Source: Mobula hypostoma (taxonomy: Eukaryota). From it: a DNA stretch of 64,000 nucleotides. This document shows, piece by piece, positions 1 through 11,299 of this stretch. The notes beneath the pieces were generated by a model, which saw nothing but the letters and a program-made list of their open reading frames with translations, did not search any database and was not told where the DNA came from. The stretch's first letter is position 1. Every line of letters begins with the position of its first letter. A program made the position numbers and the translations under genes. The stretch covers positions 85,748,001-85,812,000 of the forward strand of contig NC_086108.1 of assembly GCF_963921235.1 (NCBI RefSeq), given 5' to 3'.

Positions 1-454
1 ACTGAACCTGATCCAGTGAATGGGGTGTTTGGTAGCAGGGATTCCTCCTGTGGATTTCAGCAGTAAAGCTACACCTGTTGTCATTCTGCAAGCCCCAAAC
101 ACCTGTTCCAGGTCTTCTGACTGAATATCTGATTGCCAAAGAATGGGTATCTCTGCAGAGGAACAATGCCAAGTAAGCTTTGGTAAATAAGCAGCAATAA
201 CTGTGAAATAGCTTAGAATACTTGCTTACTCTTTCCTCGGCTGCTAATCACCATGTGAAGGCAAATGTCCAGTTATGTGCCTGACGACATTTTCCTGTGA
301 AGAGATAATTCTACATACACATCCCATGTGCAGCACACATCGTACTATTCTTACCCGTGACTAGGTTTTCTTGTCCCCAACTGTAACCCTCCACCTTTCT
401 CTAGCACCCATGGCAGCACAGCAGTTAGCACGATGCCATTAGAGCTTGTGTCTG

Positions 455-3172
455 TAAGACCATAAGATATAGGAGCAGAATTGGGCTATTTGGCCAGTCG
501 AGTCTGATATGCCATTTCATCATAGCTTATCCAATTTTCCTCTCAGCTCCATCTCTGCCTTCTCCCCGTATCCCTTCACACCCTGACCAATCAAGAATGT
601 TTCAACCTCTGCCTTAAATATACACTCAGACTTGGCCTTCACAGCTGCCTGTGGCAAAGAATTCCAGAGATTCACCACTCTTAGCCAAAGAAATTCCTCT
701 TCATCTCCGTTCTAAAAGGACGCCCCTCTATTCTGAGGTGGTGGCCTCTGGTCTTAGGCTCTCCCACCGTAGGAAACATACTTCTCACATATACTCTGTC
801 AAGGTCTATCACCATTCTATAGGTTTCAATGAAGTCCCCCCTCATCCTTCTGAATTGCAGTGAATCAAATGCCCAGAGCCATCAAATGCTCTTCATATGA
901 CAAACCGTTCAATACTGGAATCATTTTCGTGAACTTCCTTTGAATCCTCTCCAGTTTCAGAAGATCCCTTCTAAGATAAGGACCCCAGAACTGCTCACAA
1001 TACTGCAAGTGAGATCTCATCAGTGCTTTATAAAGGCTCAACATTACATCCTTGCTTTTATATTCTAGTCCTCTTGAAATGAATGCTAACATTGAATTTG
1101 CCTTCCTCAATACAGACTCAACCTGCAAATTAACCTTTAGGGAATCCTGCACGAGGACTCCCAAGTCCCTTTGTACTTCAGTTTTTTAATATTTTCTCCC
1201 AGTCAGAAAATAGTTAACCCTTTTATTTATTCTATCAAAGTACATGGCCTATACTTCCTGACATTATATTCCATCTACTATTTTTTTGTCCATTCTCCTA
1301 ATCTGTCTAAGTCCTCTGTAGTCTCTCTACTTCCACAAAACTACCTTCCCCTCCAACTACCTGTATGTCATATTCAAATTTTGCCTCAAAGCCACCAATT
1401 CCATCATCCAGGTCATTGACAAATAACATAAAAAGAATCGGTCCCAACATGGAGCCCTGTGGACTACCGCTAGTCATTGGCAGCCAACCAGACTCCCTTT
1501 ATTCCCACTCTTTGCCTCCTGCCAATCAGCCGCTGCTTTATCCATGCTAGAATCTTTCCTATAATGGGACAGGCTCATAGCTTATTAATCAGCTTTATGT
1601 ATGGCACCATGTCAAAGGCCTTCCGAAAATCCAAGTACACAACATCCACCAATTCTCCTTTGTCCATCCTGCTTGTTATTTCTTCAAAGAATTCCAGCAG
1701 ATTTGTTGGGCAAGATTTTCCTTTGAGGAAACCGTGGGGACTACGATCTATTTTGTCATGCACCTCCATGTACCCTGAGATCTCCTTCTTAATAATTGAC
1801 TTCAACATCTTCCCAACCACTGAGGTCAGACTAACTGGCCTATAGATTCCTTTCTCCTGCCTCTCTCTCTTCTTCAAGAGTGGAATGAAATTTGTAATTT
1901 TCCAGTCTTCCAGAAGCATTCCAGAATCTAGTGATTCTTGAAAGATTATTACTAATTCATCCATGATCTGCTCAGCCACCGCTTTCAGAAATCTGGGGTG
2001 TACACCATCTGCTCCAGTTGACTTATCTATCTTCAGACCTTTCAGTTTCCTAAGAGCCTTCTCTCTAGTTATGGTAAGTTCCCACACTTCAAGACTCCTG
2101 GCACCTGGAACTTCCACCATACTGCTGGTGTCTTCCACAGTGAAGACTGATGCAAAATACTTATTCAGTCATCCTCCATTTCAGCCCAATATCCACTCTT
2201 GCCTCTCTTTTACACTTTATGTATCTGAAGAAACTTTTGGTATCCTCTTTAATATTATTGGCTAGCTTAGTTTCATATTCCATCTTTACCTAAATGATTT
2301 CTGTTGGTTATTAAAAGCTTCCCACTCCTCTAACTTCCCACTAATTTTTGCTCTATTATATGCCTCACTTTGGTTTTTATGTTGGTTTTGACTTCTTTTG
2401 TTAGCCACAGTTGTGTCATTTTGCCTTTAGAATACTTCCTCTTTGGGATGTATATATCCTATGCCTTCTGAATTGCTTCCAGAAATTTCAGTCATTGTTG
2501 CAACATTGTCATCCCTGCCAGTGTTCTTTCCAATCAATTCTGGCCAACTCCTCTCTCATGCCTCTGCAATTCCTTTTACTCCACTGTAATACTGATACAT
2601 CTGACTTTAGCTTCTTCTCAAATTTCAGGGTGAATTCAATCATATTATGATCACTTACCCCAAAGGGTTCTTTTACCTTAAGCTGCCTAATCAATTCTGG
2701 TTCATTGCAAAACACCAAATCCAGAAGAACTTATCCTCCAGTAGGTTCAACCACAAGCTTCTCTAAAAAGCCATCCTGTAGGGACTCTAGAAATTCCCCC
2801 TCCTGTTATTCAGCACTAACCTGATTTTCTCAATCTACCTGCATCTTGAAGTCCCCCATGACTATTGTAACATTGCCCTTTTGGCATGCATTTTCTATCT
2901 CCACTTGTAATTTGTAGGCCACATCCTTACTACTGTTTAGGGGTCTGCATACAACTCCTATCAGGGTCCAACCCTTGCAGTTCCTTAGCTCTATCCACCA
3001 CAATGATTCCTTCTGAACCTATGTCACCTCTTTCTAATGACTTGATTTCATTTTTTAACCAACAGAGCAATGTCACCCCCTCTGCCTTCCTGCCTGTCAT
3101 TTTGATACAATGTGTATCCTTGGACATTAAGCTCCCAGCTATAATCTTCTTTCAGCCATGATTCAATGATGC
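455..3172 (-). mobile_element. CR1 LINE, decayed ORF2 (APE endonuclease + RT) with 3' UTR and tail
   Basis: Minus-strand ORF fragments carry CR1 motifs: YRPVSLTSVVGKMLKSII, HGFLKGKSCPTNLLEFFE, DVVYLDFRKAFD, LYKALMRSHLQYCEQFW, and APE GVSDHNMIEF. The tail begins at ~455 (TAAGACCATAAGA). Multiple frameshifts. Confidence 0.92.
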
Positions 3173-3830
3173 TGCAGTTGATGTGACGCCAAAAACAAGA
3201 TGATCATACAGTCCCTTGTGAGTGTTGATTGTGGGGAACTTCCTGCTTGACTCCTCAGTCTCCATTTGCAGATAGGCATGTGACAAGTCACTCCTTTAAA
3301 ACCTCTCCCTGCCTGTCAAAGAAGCAAAAATGTCTTCCGTTCATGGCAGGGGATTCTGCACACTACACAGCACCAGATTGATGCTCACTTTAAGATCCCC
3401 ACATATGTGCATGACTCGGGCCTTCCCTTTCTTGATCACTGGGAAAATAGGCATGGTCCAATCATTCCATTCAACCTTGGAGAGAGTTCCAGATGCCTCC
3501 AACCTCTGAAGTTTAGCATCCATTTTAGGATATAGTGTGTAAGGCACCGGACACTTAATGGAATCTTGGTGTTGCTGCTTCACTCAATTCACTTCTGACC
3601 TTCATGCCTTTGAGTTTATCGATCCCCTTCTCAAACACCTTCTCATTAGCATTAAGCAGCTGTGCCAGTCTCTGGTTAGTGCTACCATTTGGGCTGCAGT
3701 TGCCTGTTGATGCCACACTGAAAACATTGAATTGGTGCCTGTCTGGTTGGATTTTCATCAACCATTCATGTCTGAAAAGTGCTGGCCCTCCACTTCTCAA
3801 TACATAAAGCTCTAACCATTGTTTTTGGCT
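3173..3830 (-). mobile_element. Gypsy/Ty3 LTR retrotransposon pol fragment (end of protease region + N-terminal RT)
   Basis: Reads LELYVLRSGGPALF...PVPYTL..KLQRLEASGTLSKVEWNDWTMPIFPVIKK...ICGDLKVSIN...PLP, then EDIFASL...DLSHAYLQM...TINTHKGLY...LVFGV. No LTRs seen. Confidence 0.9.
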
Positions 3831-3934
3831 TGGAGGTCCTGCCCTTTAACTTAGCTCCTAACTCCCTGAACATCCTATGCAAAGCCTCGTCACTCGTCCT
3901 ACCCATGTCATTGGTGCCTACATGGACCACGATT

Positions 3935-4158
3935 CAAAGTTGCTGGTGAACGCAGCAGGCCAGGCAGCATCTCTAGGAAGAGGTACAGTCGACGTTTCAG
4001 GCCGAGACCCTTTGTCAGGATGAAGGGTCCTGACGAAGGGTCTCGGCCTGAAACGTCGACTGTACCTCTTCCTAGAGATGCTGCCTGGCCTGTTGCGTTC
4101 ACCAGCAACTTTGATGTGTGTTGCTTGAATTTCCAGCATCTGCAGAATTCCTGTTGTT
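3935..4158 (+). mobile_element. Penelope-like element pseudo-LTR inserted as a fold-back palindrome
   Basis: 87-bp inverted arms (3934-4020 / 4028-4114) with a 7-nt spacer. 12-bp TSD TGGACCACGATT at 3923-3934 and 4159-4170. Confidence 0.85.
4027..4061 (+). ncRNA. Minimal type I hammerhead ribozyme core (Penelope pLTR type)
   Basis: GTC-CTGACGA-AGGGTCTCGGCCT-GAAAC-GTC-GAC: intact CUGANGA and GAAA boxes, GUC cleavage triplet, GTC/GAC helix I, vestigial helix III. Confidence 0.75.
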
Positions 4159-6550
4159 TGGACCACGATTTCTGGTTATTCGCCTTCTCACTTAATGAGC
4201 ACCCATTTTGAGATATCCTGGACCATGGCACCTGGGAGGCAACATACCATCTGGGAACCTTTTTCCTGTCCACAGAACCTAACTAACTGTGTTCCCCTAA
4301 CTAATGAATACCTTATTACCACAGTGTGCCTCTTCTGTCATCCCCACCCCCCAGAGGCAGACTCAGTGCCAGAGACTTGCCCACTGAGACTTTCTTCTAT
4401 TAGGTCACCACACCAACCCCCTCCCACCCCACCACACAAGGGTATTCTGCACTGGCCTCCTTAACCCCTTTCCCCTTCCTGACTGTCAACCAATTTCCTG
4501 TGTCCTGCACCTTGGGTGTAACTACCTCTCTATGTCCTATTCATCAACCCCTCAGCCTACCAAATAATCCAGTTCCAACAGCCATTCCTTAACGCGGAAT
4601 GCATCTGGGTGCACTTCTCGCAGTTGTAGTCATCAGGGACACTGGAGGTCTCCCTGCCTTCCCAGATCCCGCAAGAGGAGTATTCACACATCCTGCCTGG
4701 CATCTCTACTGTCCTAGCTGAACAGATATAAAGAAGAAGATAAAAATATTGAGATTTTCTTTCCTTTGCTTTTTCTGACTGAAGCCTCAAAGAGAAATTA
4801 ATCTGTCTAGCCCCGTTGATCTGCACCCAGACTATAGCCCTACGTACCCCTTCTATCCACATATCTATCCGAATTTCTTTTAAATGTTGAAATTGAACCT
4901 GCACCCACCAGTAGCATTAGTAGCTCATTCCACACTGTCACCACCTTCTAAGTGAAGAAGTTCCCCCTCATGTTCCCCTTAAACATTTCAGCTTTCACCT
5001 TGAACCCATGACCCCCAGTTGTATTCTCACCCAACCTTAGTGGAAGAAGCCAGCTTGCATTTACCCTGTCTTTACCCTTCATAATTTTGTGTACTTCTAT
5101 CAAATCTCCCGTCACTCTTGTACATTCTAGAGAATAAAGTTCCAACCTATTCAACCTTTCCAACCTTTCCCTATATTTCAGGTCCTCAAGTCCTAACAAC
5201 ATTTTCTCTGCACTGTTTCAACCTTGTTTACATCTTTCCTGTAGGTAGGTGAGCAAAACTGCATACAATACTCCAAATTAGGCTTCACAATCATCTTATA
5301 CAATTTCAACGTAGCATGCCAACTCCTGTACTCAATACATTGATTTATAAAGTCCAATGTGCCAAGAGCTTTCTTTATGATCCTATCTACCTGTGATGCC
5401 ACTTTCAAGTAATTATAGATATGTAGATGGGCCAGAGGGCCTGTTTCTGTGCTGTACTTCTCTATGACTCTCTGAATCTGTTCTACCACACTCATTAGTG
5501 CCCTTCCATTCACAGTGTAAGATCTACCCTGCTTAGCCCTCCCAAAGTGCAACACCCCACACTCGCCTGCATTAAACTTCATCTTCTATTTTTCAGCCCG
5601 TTTTTCCATCAAGTTCAGATGCTCCTGTAAGCTTTGATAGTCTTCCTCAATATCCACTACACCACCAACACTGGTGTCATCCATAAATTTGCTGATTTAG
5701 TTCATCACATTATCATCCAAATCATTGATATCGATGAGAAACAACAGACCCAGCACCAATCCCTGCAGAACACCACTAGTCAGAGGCCTCCAGTCAGGGG
5801 CAACCATATATAACTGCTCTCTGGCTTCTTCCGCAAAGTCAATGCTAAATCCAATTTGCAACCTCATCCTGAATGTCAAGTGACTGAACCTTCTTGACCA
5901 ACCTCCCATATGGGACCTTGTCAATGTCCTTGCTAAAGTCCATGCAGACAACATCCACTGATTTACCTTCATCAACTTTCCTGGTAACATCCTCAAAAAA
6001 CTATATAAGATTAGTTTGACATGACCTACCATGCATCATGTTGACTATCCCTAATCAGTCCCTGTCTATCCAAATACTTGGATATCTAGTCCCTTAGAAT
6101 ACTTTTCAAAAGTTTTCTCACTATTGTTGTTAGACTCATCAGCCTATAATTTTGTGATTTATTCTTAGAGCCTTTCTTAAATAATGGAACAGTATTAGCT
6201 AATCTCTAATTCTCTGGCACCTCACTCGTGGCTAAGGATGTTTTAAATATCATTGCTAGGGCTCGTGCAGTTTCCGCACTAGCCTCAAACAGGGTTTAAG
6301 GGAACACTTTGTAAGGTCCTGCAGATTTATCCACCCTAGTTTGCCACAAGACTGCAAGCACCTTCTTTGTAATCTCACATCTATAGACTGTGCGTGCATT
6401 TCCCGAGTAAATACAGATGCAAAAGTCCATTTCAGATCTCCCCACCTCTTTCAGCTTCATGCATAGATAACCACTTTGATTTTCCAGAGGACCATTTTTG
6501 TTCATTGCTATGCTTTTGCTCTTAATATATCTTGTGAAGCCCTTAGTATT

Positions 6551-6678
6551 AATACACCACCCTCATGAAGGGTCTTGGCCCAAAACATCGACTGTTTACT
6601 CTTTTGCATAGATGCTTCCTGGCCTGCTGAGTATTGTGTGTGTTGCTTGGATTTCCAGCCTCTGCAGATTTCCTCTTG
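6551..6678 (+). mobile_element. Penelope pLTR fragment with degenerate hammerhead core
   Basis: CTCATGAAGGGTCTTGGCCCAAAACATCGACTG followed by the GATGCT..CTGGCCTGCTGAGT body. TSD TTAGTATT at 6543-6550 and 6679-6686. Confidence 0.8.
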
Positions 6679-7824
6679 TTAGTATTCTCCTTCACCTTTT
6701 CTGCTAATGGAACCTCATGTCCTGATTTCTTTTTGAGTGTTCTTTTGCTCATCAAGTACCTCATTTGTTCATGTCTTCTTTTTCTTAACCAGGGCCCTGA
6801 TGTCTCCTGAAAGCCAAGGTTTCCTATACCTGTTATCCTTGTCTTTAATCTGACAGGACATACAAATTCTATACTTTCAAAATTTTGCTTTTGAAGGCTA
6901 CCCACTTACCAAGTACACCTTTACCAGAAAACAGTCTGTACAATCCACAATTGCTAGATCCATTCTGATAGCATCAACATTGGCCTTTCTCCATGTTAGA
7001 ATCTGGATCAAACTGTCCTTTTCCATTTGACAACTCTTTCCCATCTAGCCTTTTTACAGTATGGAGTTCCAGTATGCGGAAAATTAAAATCATCTACTAT
7101 CACAACCTTAGGTTTCTTGCAACAGCCTGCCATCTCTCTACAAATTTGATCTCTAAATCCTGTGGACCAGTGCATGGTCTATAATACATATGATACTATT
7201 AATGTGATGATATCTTTCTTATTCCTCATTTCCACCCATAAGGCCTCACCAGATGAGCCCTCCAACCTGTCCTGACTGAAATGCCATGGCAATTTCCCTG
7301 ACTAGTAATACCACCCCTCCCACTTTCATCCCTCCCACTCTATATGTCTAAAACAATGGAACCCTGGAACATTGACCTGTCAGACCTAATGGCTGAAATG
7401 TCACAATTCCCTGTGCTGATCCATTCCCTAAGCTTATCCATCTTTTCTACAATACTCCTTGCATTGAAATATATGCAGCTCAGAACATTCGTTCCAACAT
7501 GATCAGCCTTTTGCTTTCTGACTTTGCATGTGGGCTTAACATAATTTTTCTCCACAACCACTCTATTATCTGTTCTGGCACCCTGGTTCCCATCATCGCC
7601 CCCCCACACCGCCCCCCCCCCGCAACTCTAGTTTAAACACTCCACACTGCTGCCTCTGTGCAGCAGTTACAAACCCCCTTCCCACCAGGTTATCAGTCCC
7701 TCTCTATTTCAGCTGCTAACCATCCCTTCTGTACAGGTTCCACCTTTCCTGGAAGAGAGCCCAGTGATCCAGAAATCTGAAGCCCTCCCACCTGCACCAA
7801 CTTCTTAGCCACATGTTAAACTGT

Positions 7825-7954
7825 CCTGCCGAAGAGTTTCGGCTCAAAATGTCGACTGTACTCTTTTCCTAGATGCTGCCTGACCTGCTGAATTCCTCGA
7901 GCATTTTGTGTGTGTTGCTCGGATTTCCAGCATTTGCAGATTTTCTCATGTTTG
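7825..7954 (+). mobile_element. Penelope pLTR fragment with degenerate hammerhead core
   Basis: CCTGCCGAAGAGTTTCGGCTCAAAATGTCGACTG start. TSD AAACTGT at 7818-7824 and 7955-7961. Confidence 0.8.
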
Positions 7955-8480
7955 AAACTGTATAATCCTTCTATTTCTGGCCTCACTAGCATGTTTCTCG
8001 GGTAGCAATCCTGAGATCATGACTCTGGCGGTCCTGTCCTTTAATTTGGCACCTCTACTGCCTGAATTGACTTTGTAGAACCTCGTCACCCATCTTACCC
8101 ACGTCATTGGTCCAACATGGACCACGTCTTCTGGCTCATCCTCCCTCTTAGAGATGTCCCTGGTCCTGATATCTGGGAGGCAACAAATTATCTGGGAATC
8201 TTGCTCTCATCCACAAACCTTCTTTGTGTTCCCTTAACCAGCGAATCCTCTATCTGAGTCACAGAGCCAGATTCAGTGCCAGAGAACTTAACCCTCTGGC
8301 TTTCCCCTGTTAGGTCATCCTCTCCAACAGTATGCAAAGTGTTATTCCTGTTAATGGGGGAATGGCCACAGGGTTACTCTGCACTGGCTGCCTATCTCCT
8401 TTTCCCCTCCTAACCCAGTTACCTGTCTTCTGCACCTTGGGTGTAAATACCTCCTTGTATGTCCTTCTATGTACCACCTT

Positions 8481-8672
8481 GGGGTGTATGGGGTGTCAGG
8501 GAGGGGTAGTACCTCTAGTGGGGGAGCATGTCACGTCCTTTTCAAGGCAGTTAGTCCACTTTTGGTCCCCACCTGGCACTCAGCTCTCACCTGTGGCTCC
8601 CTGTAGCTGTTTGCATGTGACAGCGGCCACACCCCGGGCAATGGCTTCGACAAGCCGGCTAAACGAGGTGAG
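8481..8672 (+). ncRNA. HDV-like self-cleaving ribozyme (copy 1)
   Basis: P1 GGGGTGT(8481)/ACACCCC(8629). P2 CTCACCTGT/AC-g-AGGTGAG. P3 GGC/GCC. L3 starts TCC and pairs with GG(8636). P4 TGGCTT/AAGCCG. J4/2 GCTAA with putative catalytic C8659. Confidence 0.72.
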
Positions 8673-8761
8673 GTTAGCCGACGGGTCTCAAACCCTTGGT
8701 GAGATAGGGAGTTGTCTATCCCAGCATGTGAAGACAGACTCCAGCGGATTGAGCGGATGAG

Positions 8762-9030
8762 ACCATAGAAAAACTACAGCACAGAAACAAGCCTTTTGGC
8801 CCTTCTTGGCTGTGCCGAACCATTTTCTGCCTAGTCCCACTGACCTGCACACGGACCATGTCCCTCCATACACCTCCCATCCAAATATCTGTCCAATTTA
8901 TTCTTAAATGTTAAAAAAGAACCCGCATTTACCACCTCGTCTGGCAGCTCATTCCATACTCCCACCACTCTCTGTGTGAAGAAGCCCCCCCTAATGTTCC
9001 CTTTAAACTTTTCCCCCCTCACCCTTAACC
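8762..9030 (-). mobile_element. CR1 3' end fragment
   Basis: LRVRGEKFKGNIRGGFFTQRVVGVWNELP...LDRYLD plus 3' UTR. Confidence 0.9.
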
Positions 9031-11074
9031 CAATGGAAGGTCCTACAGTCAAGAAGGCGGTCTCTGCAAGCGTCGTGGAACCTGTAGAACAGGACAAGAC
9101 ACAGAAGTCGTCCTGGTCATCCACTGCACCTAGTCCAATCTCCAGCCATCTCGACTCTGTCTTGTCACTGAATCCAGATAGGAATTGGGAAGAGAGAGTG
9201 AGGCTGACGCTGCGCAACTCTCCCTCACTTAAATCCAAATCATGTGCTAGTCTCGACACAATATGGTATTGAAGTCCTCATCGACGTCGACGATGGATGA
9301 ACAATGTACCACCTTGTACCCCTCATCCTTACAAATGATCCAGTGTTCATCCATTTCCAGCTCTAACTCCTTAACACATTCTGTTGGAAGCTGCAGCTGG
9401 ATGCGCTTCCTGTAGGTGTAGTTGTCAGGGTCAATGGAGGTCTTCTCCCTTGCATGTCCTACAAGACGAGCATTCTCATGTCCTGTCTAGCATCCTCACT
9501 GCTCTAAATGTGCAATAAGAAAGAAATAAAGAATAAATAATGAAGACAAAAATCAACCTATAGCCTTCACCTCCCCTTGCCAAAGCTCCAACTCCCCACT
9601 CCAGCACTGGCCCTCTCACACAATGGCCGTTCAGCTTAAACCTAACTTTATTTTTATTGGTTCTTGCCAAGTGTCTGATTACGCACAATCCAATCTCTCC
9701 TCAGGAACTGTGGTGAGCAGTAAGTGCTGACTGCCCCGCTCGCTTCTTTTAAATTCCCTTTCCCTCTGCTCAATCCGCTGTCTCTTTGGGACTGTGCTGC
9801 GCAAAATGTGCCAGCTGTCCTTACTCACTTATTGTATCTTTCTCTCCCTCTACACTATCTGGTGTCTCCTCGAGACTGGTGCACTGTGTATGGCTCATTG
9901 GGCCGGAAGAACCTGTTGTACAATTTGGCTCCAACTAACCAAGTAGTAAATTAAAAAAAACATTATCATCCCCATTCTTTTCAGTAGGCTCTCTGCTTAT
10001 CAGTGCATCAATCCTCCCACACTTCTTTCTCAGGGGTGTACAGCAACAGTGGTTCCCCTTGATTGATGACTTCTACCACATGTTCTAGAGCAGGACTGAG
10101 GGAAGGCAGTGGGGTCATTTTTGATTACCTATGTTTGGGAACTGGATGAGTGAGTTTTTGAGAATGCACAGGTCAACTAGAACCAGCACCAACTCAGTTC
10201 TCTCCCGCCACTTCCAAAGGTAATCAGCAGAGTCCTGCAGTTGAGACCATTCAGAAAGCTTCTGCTTACTTTCAACAGTGTATGGAGATTTAGGTCCAAC
10301 TGTACCATGGAGTCCAAATGACAACTTTACCCCAAGCTTTGGTTCAGATTAAACGCCAAGTTGCTGCAGGTCAGGGGGATTCTCCCAGTAAATTGAAAAA
10401 TGTTACTGTTGTGCCATTAAAAACCATTATAATTCCTCCAATCCTCACAAGAAATGTTCTCAACCTCCTCTCCCCTGGAGTTTACCCATCAACTACAAAG
10501 CTTTACTCTAGCTAGTTAACTGTGTTTTACTCGGCTCTTCACTTTCCACTCCAATCTGGTTAGGATGTCAGCCAATAACAAGTAAATGAAGACTTAGGTC
10601 ATTCTGGGTACTTATCCTGCTCCTTGCCTATCTAAAACCTGCACTTTTGTCCTGTAAGGACTTTTAAGATTGATGCACAAAAGTTTTCACACCATAATTA
10701 TGAGAGCTGAAGACGCATTTACTTTTCGAGTCAAGTGTCCTTGAAGACGTGTACAAGTCACTGAGGGAATTAAAGTGAGCTGACAGAGTAAATTTTGAAT
10801 TATGAAGTGGAAAGGTTGACTTTTGTAGCTGTAATTTTGCTAATGTTCAGATGCTGGTAGAGAGAGTATAAAAGATTTTATGTAGCTCTGTGGTTGATGT
10901 AAAAGATGCGGCAAGAGAACCTTGACTTACCTTGGGTAACCTTTACTGCAATCCTTGAGCTACCAACATCTAGCAGTGCTCCCTTGTGAACCATTCTGCT
11001 CCTCACTGCTGACAGAAACACTTTCTCAGCCACATGGGCATATCCGAGCTATACAGTAATTTTTCTGTGATGTT

Positions 11075-11296
11075 ATTCTCTGCCACAGGAAACAGTTGAG
11101 GCCAGTTCATTGGCTATATTTAAGAGGGAGTTGGATATGGCACTTGTGGCTACGGGGATCAGGGGGTATGGAGGGAAGGTTGGGGCGGGGTTCTGAGTTG
11201 GATGATCAGCCATGATCATAATAAATGGCGGTGCAGGCTCGAAGGGCCGAATGGCCCACTCCTGCACCTATTTTCTATGTTTCTATGTTTCTATGT
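11075..11296 (+). mobile_element. CR1 3' end, (TTCTATGT)n-tail subfamily
   Basis: Near-identical to 22651-22937 and 46493-46728. Confidence 0.88.
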
Positions 11297-11299
11297 TAA

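Larger units (their letters stand above)
3831..4790 (-). mobile_element. CR1 LINE ORF1 region (zinc finger + SGNH esterase), interrupted by a Penelope palindrome
   Basis: VVHVGTNDMGR esterase block at ~3880-3930 and CEYSSCGIWEGRETSSVPDDYNCEKC zinc finger at ~4610-4700. Confidence 0.85.
8481..9303 (+). mobile_element. Non-autonomous RTE-related retroelement (copy 1), split by a CR1 3' fragment
   Basis: TSD ATGTACCACCTT at 8469-8480 and 9304-9315. Collinear with 55147-55718. The RTE assignment is from recalled family resemblance. Confidence 0.8.
4800..9800 (-). mobile_element. Second near-full-length decayed CR1 LINE carrying nested insertions
   Basis: RT C-terminus (MKFNAGECGVLHFGR, LEYCMQFCSP, GNFFT), TSGVLQGLVLG, APE start (SCIYFNARSIVEKMDKL), ORF1 esterase at ~7700-8200 and zinc finger at ~9380-9490. 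Confidence 0.85.

Noticed and set aside
3908..4273. Overlapping ORFs sharing the same peptide on both strands
   Set aside because: Artefact of the Penelope palindrome.
10115..10515. Short ORFs in non-repeat-looking DNA
   Set aside because: No recognisable domain and no convincing splice-site pair.
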